Source of the DNA: Methanofastidiosum sp.
Lineage (GTDB): Archaea > Methanobacteriota_B > Thermococci > Methanofastidiosales > Methanofastidiosaceae
DNA length: 64,000 nt
Direction: 5' to 3'
Assembly (NCBI GenBank): GCA_040771805.1
Contig: JAXGZJ010000001.1
Span: 1,359,961-1,423,960, forward strand
A program made the position numbers and the translations under genes. Below the pieces are notes generated by a model. The model ran no database searches and was not told the origin of the DNA. It worked only from the letters and a program-made list of their open reading frames with translations. Within the stretch, counting starts at the first letter, position 1, and each line of letters opens with the position of its first letter. Positions 9,558 to 18,876 of the stretch are shown one piece after another.

Positions 9558-12035
9558 TTATTGCCATGCTGAAATTATTTCTGTTTTTTTGTTTCCATTT
9601 TCATTATAAGTTATCTCCCACTTTGGAATCCAAACTAAAGATACCATTTTTATTTCTATATCTGATTTCTTTGGCTGTATTGTTACTTCTTTAACTTCGG
9701 TTGTCTCCTTTTCTCTTTTTTGCTTTATTGAATCTATTTGCAATTTGAGTTCATTTTCCAAGTACTCCATTTCTCTATTCAATGAATTGATATCTTTATT
9801 GACTCTCTCAATTTCTGCTGAGATATCCTTACTTTTTTGATATTTTTTCATTGTAGTTGTGGCAGACCTCGTAGAGCGTTTGCCCATAAACATACCGAGT
9901 ACAGATTCTCCAGCAGAAATCACTGCTTCTTGTTTTAATGAATTTGCAGATGCTTGTTTTTTTAAAAGAATTTCTTGAGACTTACTTAATTTAGACTTGA
10001 GTTTTTGAATTTCTTTAGCGTATTTTTGTTCTATTTTATCAATCTCTTCATCTCTAGCTTCCCTAGCCAGTTGATTTAATTTTAAAATAAATTCCGCCTT
10101 TGATTCATTAGATTTTGAATATATCTTAAAATGAGGGCTGTGATATAATTTGAAATTACTATTGTAGAACAAGAAATCATTAAAACTCCTTTTAAGTTCA
10201 TTAAAATCTTTAGGATTATTTATTTTTTCAGGAATTTCTGAGAACTTTGACTTGCTTTCGGGATCATTAAGAACTTGTGATACTTTTATTTCTTTAGATT
10301 CATCCCAACTTAATAATTCTGGGTTATCGATAATTAACGTCCTTTCTTGATCTTCCTTCAAATCAATATTTTTGTCTTGAAAATGGATTATTGCCTTTCC
10401 TATTACTCCTGGACTATAAATAAGGGAAGACTCTTCAAACTGCAATTCACTTTGATATTTGTTTTTTATTTCTTGAATAGAAAGAGCTGCATTTTTGACC
10501 ACAGGCAAAAATATCTGTTGAATGTCTCTTGAAATTGTTGGTGGAGTTAAAGTGAATTTGTCTGAAGATGCCCCAATATAAGCCTTTGTTATTGTGGGCG
10601 AAAATTTAATTTCATGATATCTATCTTTCATTACTAACTTAATTTCATTTTTTGTCATTGGCCCTCTCAAATAACTCATAGCCCATCTTGTTTGGAAAAT
10701 AATAGGATCTTTTGCATGAACATTATGAAGAATAAATACCCTTTTTCCCAAGTTAGATATTAATTTATTCATATTTTCTTTATTCAACGAATCTTTAGAA
10801 TTTGCGCTAATTATGTCTAATCCTTCAAGCAATCTGAGTTTATCTCTTTCTGTCTGTAGTCTACCTATAAACCAAGTGCCGGTATTTGTAAGCCCTTTAT
10901 AGTCCAAATCCACAGGATTTTGAGTGGCTAGTAGTACCCCAACTCCAAAAGCCCTCGCTTGTTTTAGCAAAGTAAGGAGGGGTTTTTTACTTGGAGGATT
11001 GGAAACTGGCGGGAAATAACCAAATATTTCATCCATATAAATTAATGTTCTGAGGCTATTTGTCCCACTTTGTTTTCTCATCCAAGATATAATTTGGTTG
11101 AAAAGAAGGGTGACAAAGAACATTCTTTCAGAGTCATTTAAGTGGGCAATATAAAAAATTGAATGCTTTGGTTTACCATCTTTATTTGAGATGAATTCAG
11201 GTATATCCAAGGGGTAACCTTCTAACCAATTTTTAAAGCTTGGCGATGCAATAAGATTATTCAATTTCATTGACAAGTTCAATCTATCTTTTTTTGGAAA
11301 AAAGGTATCAATTTCAAATACTCCTAGGGTTCTGAAAGGTGGATCTTGAATTGAGAGTATGAGTTTTGCTATATCGAGATTTTGATTTTTACTCCAGAAA
11401 TTTTCAAATATGTTTGAAAGTAGAATGTGTTCACGAGAGTTTATTGGATCCGCTTCAATTCCAATTAGGCCCAGTAGACTGCTAACAATACCTTGTATTT
11501 GATCTCTAATTAATTCTGAATCTTCTTCCCAATTAAAAGAAGGCGCATCAAAAGAATGTAATATAGAAACAGGATGCCCTGCCTCACTTCCGGGTGTATA
11601 TATTACAAAATCTGCATTTTCACGCAGCATTTTAATTCTATTTTCATCTTGGCCCCAATCTGCCAATCCCTTTTTCCATGATTCTGCCTGTTGTGCAGCA
11701 TAGTCATCTATACTCATTCCTTTTCTGTTTGCTTCGTCAGGATCTACCCACGGGAGGAAACTCTCTTTTTTAAGTTCTGGGAAAGTAAGCAATAAATTTG
11801 TGATATCTCCTTTTGGATCAATTATTATCGCAGGGATATTGTCTATGGCAGCTTCTTCTAAAATATCAATACATAAACCAGTTTTCCCACTCCCAGTCAT
11901 ACCAATACAGACCGCATGTGTTGTAAGGTCCCTCGAATCATACATAACAAGCTTATCAGTTGGCATTCCATTTTTCATGTCAAATTCTTTACCTAAGTAA
12001 AATGAGCCTAATTTTTCAAAGTCCATTTTGTCCAC
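9558..12035 (-). CDS. HerA/FtsK-like (DUF87/DUF853-type) ATPase with C-terminal coiled coil
   Basis: Walker A GMTGSGKT, IIDPKGD, Walker B IYMDE, KQARAFGVG..LATQNP. Confidence 0.85.
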   Translation of the reverse strand: MDKMDFEKLGSFYLGKEFDMKNGMPTDKLVMYDSRDLTTHAVCIGMTGSGKTGLCIDILEEAAIDNIPAIIIDPKGDITNLLLTFPELKKESFLPWVDPDEANRKGMSIDDYAAQQAESWKKGLADWGQDENRIKMLRENADFVIYTPGSEAGHPVSILHSFDAPSFNWEEDSELIRDQIQGIVSSLLGLIGIEADPINSREHILLSNIFENFWSKNQNLDIAKLILSIQDPPFRTLGVFEIDTFFPKKDRLNLSMKLNNLIASPSFKNWLEGYPLDIPEFISNKDGKPKHSIFYIAHLNDSERMFFVTLLFNQIISWMRKQSGTNSLRTLIYMDEIFGYFPPVSNPPSKKPLLTLLKQARAFGVGVLLATQNPVDLDYKGLTNTGTWFIGRLQTERDKLRLLEGLDIISANSKDSLNKENMNKLISNLGKRVFILHNVHAKDPIIFQTRWAMSYLRGPMTKNEIKLVMKDRYHEIKFSPTITKAYIGASSDKFTLTPPTISRDIQQIFLPVVKNAALSIQEIKNKYQSELQFEESSLIYSPGVIGKAIIHFQDKNIDLKEDQERTLIIDNPELLSWDESKEIKVSQVLNDPESKSKFSEIPEKINNPKDFNELKRSFNDFLFYNSNFKLYHSPHFKIYSKSNESKAEFILKLNQLAREARDEEIDKIEQKYAKEIQKLKSKLSKSQEILLKKQASANSLKQEAVISAGESVLGMFMGKRSTRSATTTMKKYQKSKDISAEIERVNKDINSLNREMEYLENELKLQIDSIKQKREKETTEVKEVTIQPKKSDIEIKMVSLVWIPKWEITYNENGNKKTEIISAWQ

Positions 12036-12298
12036 CCTATATAAAATGCTTTAATTGAGTATATTAATCTTATAGTTAATAAACATATACTAGTAAAAAT
12101 GAGTATGAAACTTAAATCATCCTTATTAACTAGATTCGATATCAATGGGCATAAGTTTCGTGTCTTTAATATTAATATAATACTCTTATTATATTGTTAA
12201 TTAGTTACCGATATTATCATATGTAATTAACGATGGTTTTCGAAAAATTCGCAATGATAACCATCATCTTTAAAAATCGATAACTAATTTAATTTTTT

Positions 12299-13501
12299 AT
12301 GAATAGATATACTATGGCTATTCTCTTTATGTTCATTGTTATTTTTGGACAAATTCCCACCCTATTGGCTAGTAAAGCAGATTGGAATTATAAAACAGAT
12401 AAGGCAGTTTACTCTGTCGATATATCTTCTGAAGGAGACTATATAGTTTGTGGATCATTGGATAATAATTTTTATTTTTTATCCAAAGAAGGCGATCTTT
12501 TGTGGAAATATCCGTCAAATGATAGGGCATTATGTGTAGATTTAACACCTGATGGTTATTATATAGTAGGGGGTTCAAAAGACAAAAAAGTGTATATGTT
12601 TTCTAAAGAAGGAGATTTACTTTGGTCCTTTGTTACAGGAAATACAGTTGAATCAGTTGCACTATCATTTAATGGATCAAAAATAATTGCAGGATCTGAC
12701 GATGGAGCGGCTTATTTTTTATCAAAGGAAGGTAGCCTACTTTGGAAATATGAAACTGGGGCCCCTGTTACAACAGTCGCTATTACCCCAAATGGAGAAT
12801 ATATTGCTATAGGTTCAAATGATAAAAGTATATACTTTTTGTCAGAAGACGGTAAAGTTATTTGGAAAATAAAAACTCTGGGCGAGATAAGTTCAATAGA
12901 TATGAGTTTTGATGGGGCTTACATTGTTTCTGGTACGAAAAATGGTTGGATTTATACTATATCAAATTCCGGAGAGATATTAAATAAAACTAAGAAAAAT
13001 AATGGAGTAGTAAACGTCAAGATCACCCCTAATGGAAATTACATAGTAGCCGGCTCAAGGGATGGAGGGGTATATGCTATGTCAAATAATGGTAAACTGT
13101 TATGGCAATCTCTTGATGATAAAGGGATATACTCTGTAGCCATTAATCCAGATGGAACTAAAGTTGCAGCTGGATCTATGGACACCATCTACATATTGTC
13201 CAAAAATGGAAAGGAAATAAAATGCTACCAAACTTACGATGACAAATATTACTTGTATTCCATTAACTCTTTAGCAATTTCACTTGACAGCTCGACATTG
13301 GTATCAACTTCTAGGGAATGTATTTTTTATTTTAATCACGACACGAAAAAAGAATTTGATTTAAATGAATGCGTACCAACTAAGAAAAATGAATCGACAG
13401 ACACATGTTTTCAAAAAAAATTATCCGAATTAAACGAAAATCCTAAGAGAAAAACTAATGAAATAATAAGCATTCTGCTTAGTTTTTTTAGAATTAGATA
13501 A
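12299..13501 (+). CDS. Secreted WD40/PQQ-like beta-propeller protein
   Basis: N-terminal signal peptide; about 8 repeats of V.SVAITPxGxYIxxGSxDxxxYxxSxEGxLLW. Confidence 0.85.
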   Translation: MNRYTMAILFMFIVIFGQIPTLLASKADWNYKTDKAVYSVDISSEGDYIVCGSLDNNFYFLSKEGDLLWKYPSNDRALCVDLTPDGYYIVGGSKDKKVYMFSKEGDLLWSFVTGNTVESVALSFNGSKIIAGSDDGAAYFLSKEGSLLWKYETGAPVTTVAITPNGEYIAIGSNDKSIYFLSEDGKVIWKIKTLGEISSIDMSFDGAYIVSGTKNGWIYTISNSGEILNKTKKNNGVVNVKITPNGNYIVAGSRDGGVYAMSNNGKLLWQSLDDKGIYSVAINPDGTKVAAGSMDTIYILSKNGKEIKCYQTYDDKYYLYSINSLAISLDSSTLVSTSRECIFYFNHDTKKEFDLNECVPTKKNESTDTCFQKKLSELNENPKRKTNEIISILLSFFRIR

Positions 13502-13513
13502 GAAGGTATAATA

Positions 13514-14341
13514 TTAATCATATTTTTGACACACTGGACAAAAATATGAGGATGACCCAAGAATATTTTCTTTTAGTATTTTATTGCCACACAATTTACA
13601 TTCATTGGTATTTTTACTCACGAGCCTAACATATTTTCCCGAATTACCATAAAGATCGTATTCGTCTGAACTTCCACCAAGTTCAATTGCAGAATTTATT
13701 GTCTTGATGATAGAATCATAAAGATTGTTTCGCTCTATTTCCTTAAGATCAGATACTTTTCTTTTAGGATGTATTTTTGCCATGTAAAGAATATCATTTA
13801 TATAGGCGTTTCCAAGGCCAGACATTTCTTCTTGAAGATTTAGTGCAGCTTTAATTGATTTATTTTCATTATTTGATAAAACATGTAAAAAATAGTCTAA
13901 TGTAAATTCTGATTCATTTGGAGAAATACCAATATTGCCGGCATATCTGTGAACTTTTTTCTCTTCTAATGTGGCAACTACTATAAATGCGTATAGGAAA
14001 AGATTTAGTGTGACTATGGAACCATCATCAAATTGAAAACTAACATGGTATTTTGGAGGTAATGGCAAATCTTTTTTGATATACAGAAATTTACCTATTA
14101 TTTCGCCAAACATTAAAATACTGCCATTTTCAAACTCTAAAAATATCCACTTACCTTTAGGGATTATTCTTTTTATTTTGGAATTTAATATATCTTTAGT
14201 TCTATTGTCAAGATTTGACATTCCCTGTTTAATTGTGGATTCTAAGTGTTTGGTCAAAATGATGTTTGTAATTTCTTTTCCCAGTAAATTTTCTTTCATT
14301 TGTTCTGATATCGTTAGTATCTCAGGTATTTCCAATCCCAT
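13514..14341 (-). CDS. Fpg/Nei family DNA glycosylase-like protein with atypical N-terminus
   Basis: EIPE near N-terminus, KGKW, H2TH GLGNAYINDIL, C-terminal CKLC...CPVCQ zinc finger. Confidence 0.85.
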   Translation of the reverse strand: MGLEIPEILTISEQMKENLLGKEITNIILTKHLESTIKQGMSNLDNRTKDILNSKIKRIIPKGKWIFLEFENGSILMFGEIIGKFLYIKKDLPLPPKYHVSFQFDDGSIVTLNLFLYAFIVVATLEEKKVHRYAGNIGISPNESEFTLDYFLHVLSNNENKSIKAALNLQEEMSGLGNAYINDILYMAKIHPKRKVSDLKEIERNNLYDSIIKTINSAIELGGSSDEYDLYGNSGKYVRLVSKNTNECKLCGNKILKENILGSSSYFCPVCQKYD

Positions 14342-14726
14342 AAAAACAATTAACTAAGGAATTATAGGTATATAGCTTTATTGTTTCCAAAATGTGCTAT
14401 CAAAAAAATACAGGACCGGGCATATTTATTTATTCCTAGCTATATTGAAATAATATGTACAACATACCTATTCTCACTCTATAGGGCTCTAGAAATTTAT
14501 TTACAAAGGACTCATGGCATGAAATCTAGATATACTAAGAATATAGGTATTGGTGAAATCAAAATGATTATATTTATCAACTATTTTCTATTAAAAGATC
14601 CATTAAAAGAAAAGATCAGTGATTTAAAGGGATCTGGCATTAGATGAGGTAAAAATTACTAACTGAATTAGAAAAATATTTAAACGTAACTACTATTAAC
14701 TTGGATGTAATAGGGGCGTAATTATT

Positions 14727-15817
14727 ATGAACAATAAAATAACTGCCATTTTCATAGTAGCTATATTCTTGATGTCTTTTGGGGTAGTTCTTGCAGCTGA
14801 CGGGGATGTTATCTGGAAAAGAGAGTATGACGGCAATGGTCCTGACTACGCAATGGGTGTAGCAACAGACTCTTATAACAACGTCATAGTAACAGGTTAT
14901 TCTTTTATGGGCGATAATTTAGATAATTTAAACTACTGCACCATAAAGTACGACGCAGCCGGAAACATTATCTGGAAAAGAGAGTATGACGGCGGCGATG
15001 AGGACGGAGCAAAAGGTGTAGCAACAGACTCTTATAACAACGTCATAGTAACAGGTATTTCTGAGATAGGTGGCAGGCGTTCTGACTACTGCACTATAAA
15101 ATATGATCCAAATGGAAACGTTGTCTGGGAAAAGGAGTACGATAGCGGCTTTGATGACTTTGCAAACGGTGTAGCAACAGACTCTTATAACAACGTCATA
15201 GTGACAGGTTATTCTAAGATAGGTGGCAAAATTAGATATTGCACCATAAAATATGATCCAAATGGAAACATTATCTGGAAAAGGAGTACGATAGCGGCTT
15301 TGATGACTTTGCAAACGGTGTAGCAACAGACTCTTATAACAACGTCATAGTAACAGGTTATTCTATTATAGGTGGCAAAATTAGATATTGCACCATAAAA
15401 TATGATCCAAATGGAAACATTATCTGGAAAAGAGAGTATGACGGCGGCGATAATGCCGGAGCAAACGGTGTAGCAACAGACTCTTATAACAACGTCATAG
15501 TAACAGGTTATTCTATTATAGGCGGCAGTCCTCCTGACTACTGCACCATAAAATATGATCCAAATGGAAACATTATCTGGAAAAGAGAGTATGACGGCGG
15601 CGATGAGGACGGAGCAAAAGGTGTAGCAACAGACTCTTATAACAACGTCATAGTAACAGGTATTTCTGAGATAGGTGGCAGGCGTTCTGACTACTGCACC
15701 ATAAAATACCAAGGTGTTCCTCCAAGAAGTAAATCCCTTCCAATAGACAAGTTCTTGAAGATACTTAAGAGAAACAGGTGCAAAAATCATCCAGATGCAG
15801 AAGACTGTAAAGTTTAG
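14727..15817 (+). pseudogene. Secreted beta-propeller repeat (SBBP-like) protein with a 1-bp frameshift near 15278
   Basis: Signal peptide plus six GVATDSYNNVIVTG repeats; frame shifts at tggaaaaggagtacg (earlier copy reads tgggaaaaggagtacg); the shifted frame stays open to TAG at 15815-15817. Confidence 0.8.
14805..15710 (+). repeat. Six tandem ~150-bp coding repeats
   Basis: Core gtagcaacagactcttataacaacgtcatagt starts at 14859, 15018, 15171, 15320, 15470 and 15623 (spacings 159, 153, 149, 150, 153). Confidence 0.95.
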
Positions 15818-15916
15818 TGACTTTATTTATTTTTTATCTTTTTTATATTAAACTTAATACTAAATACTATTTTGCTCTAGGATTTGCATAATATATCTGG
15901 CCCTAAAATTAAGGCC

Positions 15917-16282
15917 ATGAGCAACAACTTGACGCAGACAAGGCTTGATTTTTTCTATAGGATTCAGGTCCAGAAGACCATACCTGAGTTTATTAGCATC
16001 AGAAAGATGAAGGTGCATGACAAGCGTATAACGATAGCATCCACAAGGAACGATTGTGAAAGCTTAGTCTGCCCCCATGTCAAAAGATCGCATGTCAGTA
16101 GATCATTCTCATACATCAGGTGCAACTATTCTAGCAATTTCAAAAAGCAGAGCCCGGGCCCATGTCACATCTGCCCGATGAAAAAGATTAGAAACATTTG
16201 GATCCCCGTTAGAACAGAGTGTCGGGAAAAAGAGTGGAAAGTGATGCCAAGCAACAAGTTCTGGAACTGGAAGAAAGAATGA
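15917..16282 (+). CDS. Hypothetical basic Cys-containing protein
   Basis: Open frame from ATG 15917, co-oriented with neighbours; no recognised motif. Confidence 0.4.
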   Translation: MSNNLTQTRLDFFYRIQVQKTIPEFISIRKMKVHDKRITIASTRNDCESLVCPHVKRSHVSRSFSYIRCNYSSNFKKQSPGPCHICPMKKIRNIWIPVRTECREKEWKVMPSNKFWNWKKE

Positions 16283-16350
16283 TTTCTATTTAAAAAATAA
16301 TTTCTTCCTTTTTTCCATATTTTTATAAAAGATGAAACTTATAATTATAC

Positions 16351-17109
16351 GTGGTAAAGATGGAAGAAATAAATTGTAAAAAATGCGGTAAAATTATTTC
16401 CAGTGAATTCCCACATTGCCCTTATTGCAGAGAAAGTTTGTCAAAGGAAAAACAAGATCGGGCTAATTACTTTTCTTTATGTAGGCATTGTGGCAGGGGA
16501 TTAAGAAGGATATGGATAACTTGCCCCTACTGTAACGGCATATTGGATTCAATATCATATGAAAAGTATAAACATATGGAAAGTAAGAATCCTGAAGCTG
16601 TAGAATCTAACAGAAAGGGAAATGAGTATCTTGAGTCGCGTGATGCTGCAAATGCAATCAAGTGCTATGAAAGAGCTATTGAACTGGATCCAAGCTATAC
16701 AGTCGCATGGCGTAGCAAAGGAATATCACTTTTAAATATAGGGAGAGACTCAGAGGCATTGTCGTGTTTTGAAAGGGCTACTGAGCTAAATCCAAATTAT
16801 GCACCTGCATGGCGTAACAAAGGAGTGTCACTCCTTAGGCTAGGGAAATATCCAGAGGCATTGTCATGCTATGAAAGAGCTATCGAACTGGATCCAAATA
16901 ATGCGTTTGCATGGCGCAATAAAGGAATATCTCTATTAAATATGGGAAGGTATTCAGAGGCATTGTCGTGTTTTGAAAGGGCTACTGAGCTAAATCCAAA
17001 GGATGCACATGCGTGGTGGAACAAAGGAGTTGCACTTCAGGAACTCGGTAGGGATACCCTAGCAAATGAATGTTTAGATAAGGCCAAACAGCTCGGATAT
17101 AAGGAATAG
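16351..17109 (+). CDS. Double zinc-ribbon plus TPR repeat protein
   Basis: CKKC/CPYC and CRHC/CPYC; TPR units AWRNKG.SL..LG.Y.EAL.CYERA.EL.P. Confidence 0.9.
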   Translation: MVKMEEINCKKCGKIISSEFPHCPYCRESLSKEKQDRANYFSLCRHCGRGLRRIWITCPYCNGILDSISYEKYKHMESKNPEAVESNRKGNEYLESRDAANAIKCYERAIELDPSYTVAWRSKGISLLNIGRDSEALSCFERATELNPNYAPAWRNKGVSLLRLGKYPEALSCYERAIELDPNNAFAWRNKGISLLNMGRYSEALSCFERATELNPKDAHAWWNKGVALQELGRDTLANECLDKAKQLGYKE

Positions 17110-17303
17110 TATCATTAATTGATTATTTTGATTCCTATTTTAAACATAAGGATATTTTTAAAATGGGCTCTAAGACAGGAGGGGTTTTAGAATTTGTTGA
17201 GCCATCAAAGGACAAACAATTCATCTATAAGGAGAATGAAAGAAATATCCTAGTAAGATAAGCTTCAGTTAGCAATAAATGGTAGTAACTCTTTATATTA
17301 TGC

Positions 17304-17693
17304 ATGGGATGTATTTCTGAAGCTATATGCAAGGATTGTGGCACAAGATACGAAGTTCGTATGGGTGGCGGATTCATTGTCCACGACCTGCACTGCGACA
17401 AGTGCGGCGAGTTACGATGCGTATCATTTCATGAACTGGGTGAAATCCATTTAAAATTCATAAAAGGAATTAAGATACCTTATTGCATTGCAACTGGGGC
17501 TTCCGACAAGTATATCCAAGAAAACTATCCGGGAGAACCAATAGACGAGGACGAGTACCATAGATTGGTCGAAGAGTTTGCAGGAAAATGTAAGTGTGGG
17601 GGGAATTACACATTTAAGGCCCCTATAAGGTGCCCTAACTGTAAGTCTATTAATTTTGAACATGATCCTACTAAATTTACCTTATATGATTGA
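17304..17693 (+). CDS. Hypothetical Cys-rich (Zn-binding) protein
   Basis: CKDC, CDKC, CKC and CPNC motifs in 129 aa. Confidence 0.75.
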   Translation: MGCISEAICKDCGTRYEVRMGGGFIVHDLHCDKCGELRCVSFHELGEIHLKFIKGIKIPYCIATGASDKYIQENYPGEPIDEDEYHRLVEEFAGKCKCGGNYTFKAPIRCPNCKSINFEHDPTKFTLYD

Positions 17694-17829
17694 AAGTGAA
17701 TTAAATTACTCTAAATAATATCCTTTCGATCTTTTCTCATTCCAAAAGCTATAATTGAAATTAATGAACTTCGGGCTCAAAATAACTTATTTGAAATAAA
17801 AAACAACATCACATTAACTTTGTAAAGTG

Positions 17830-17885
17830 TGCGGGGGCCGTGATTTGAACACGGGAACTCCTACGAGACAGGGTCCTAAGCCCTG
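17830..17885 (-). repeat. att direct repeat: duplicated 3' 56 bp of tRNA-Leu
   Basis: tgcgggggccgtgatttgaacacgggaactcctacgagacagggtcctaagccctg is identical to 28048-28103. Confidence 0.97.
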
Positions 17886-18025
17886 TGAACTTGAATGAAA
17901 ATCATCCTTCTCTATCCTGGAGGGGGCGTATCTTCATGATACACCATAATCAATAAAGCAGTAATCATTTAAATAATTTTTGGTTATATTTAAATTAAAT
18001 AATTTATTAATCAGGATTTATTAGC

Positions 18026-18204
18026 ATCTCCATGTAAAAAAAGCCTAAAAATCATCAATCAGACACCAATTGATTTATTTTTTCGTATCGCCTACGCCCC
18101 CCCGTTCCTGGCGGAGGGGGGCTGCGGCGATATACCGAAAGAATTATTTTTTTATGCGTCTTGATGATTTTCTTAACGGCTTTTTTATAATCCATGTTTG
18201 AGAT
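18026..18204. other. Long imperfect inverted repeat with GC-rich core (candidate replication origin of the element)
   Basis: Arm pairs: atctccatg/catgtttgagat, aaaaaagcc/ggctttttt, aaaatcatcaa/ttgatgatttt, tttcg/cgaaa, tatcgcc/ggcgata, C-run/G-run around loop ttcctgg. Confidence 0.7.
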
Positions 18205-18274
18205 TATTTTGGGAGGGGTGGCTCGGCTCTACCCGAAAGAATAAAGAAAAATAAGATTGTTTAGACTAAAGCGC

Positions 18275-18825
18275 TTATTTTTTATAACGATTAAACCAAT
18301 ACAATTTTGCATACTCAGATTTTGGCATGATTTTAAGATTTGATTTTCTGAAATTCATTTTATTTCTATCGATATGAAGGACTTCATAGCCAGGATAAAT
18401 TGTTCCTCCGACCTTATTTTTTGCTACTAACTATGGGCAAGCTTTCCGGAATTCTTGTATCTAGATTATCCTTTAGAGTCCACAAATATATTTGTATACG
18501 GACCAGATTTAATACTTGAGATTTTCTTAAGAAAAGGAATAGAATTAAATGATTTTGATATTCCTCTAATGATGGCAGATAAACTAACTCCAAATATTCC
18601 GGCTGCAGCATCGTCAGTCCACCCAACGATAGGGGAATAATCTGGCATCAGATCAATAGGGAAAACAGTTCAAATAAGTGCAGCAATTATAGGTATTGCG
18701 CTTAAAAGTAAAAATTTTTTATGATTGATAAACTTTACAGATTAAATTTTACATCCACAATCTAGACAATAAGGACATGATTTAGGGATGAATTTTTTAC
18801 AGTTGATGCATTTATATTTCTCCAT
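18275..18825 (-). pseudogene. Decayed Zn-ribbon / DUF1232 (YkvA-like) / HNH-like fusion gene
   Basis: Manual translation: MEKYKCINC..CPYCLDCGCKI*...AALI*TVFPIDLMPDYSPIVGWTDD...DSKG*SRYKNSGKLAH [frameshift] LVAKNKVGGTIYPGYEVLHIDRNKMNFRKSNLKIM...RYKK*. Confidence 0.72.
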
Positions 18826-18876
18826 ATTGTATCTCCAAATTATTAGTTTTCCTAATTATAAAGATATGGAAATATC

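Noticed and set aside
9558..12035. HerA-like ATPase as part of a HerA-NurA or HerA-Sir2/DUF4297 system
   Set aside because: No nuclease or sirtuin partner is adjacent; treated as a stand-alone ATPase.
14381..14647. 88-aa ORF between the Fpg-like and propeller genes
   Set aside because: TTG start without RBS and no recognisable features; likely intergenic.
14805..15710. Regularly spaced ~32-bp identical cores as a CRISPR array
   Set aside because: The period is ~150 bp, the intervening sequences are homologous to each other and coding, and there are no cas genes.
14928..15790. Minus-strand ORFs 14928-15326 and 15209-15790
   Set aside because: Antisense shadows of the repeat propeller gene.
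14727..17109. Near-identical repeats as diversity-generating retroelement TR/VR pairs
   Set aside because: No reverse transcriptase in the window, and the differences between copies are not adenine-specific.
17830..17885. A second functional tRNA-Leu
   Set aside because: Lacks the 5' acceptor strand and D arm; it is the att duplication.
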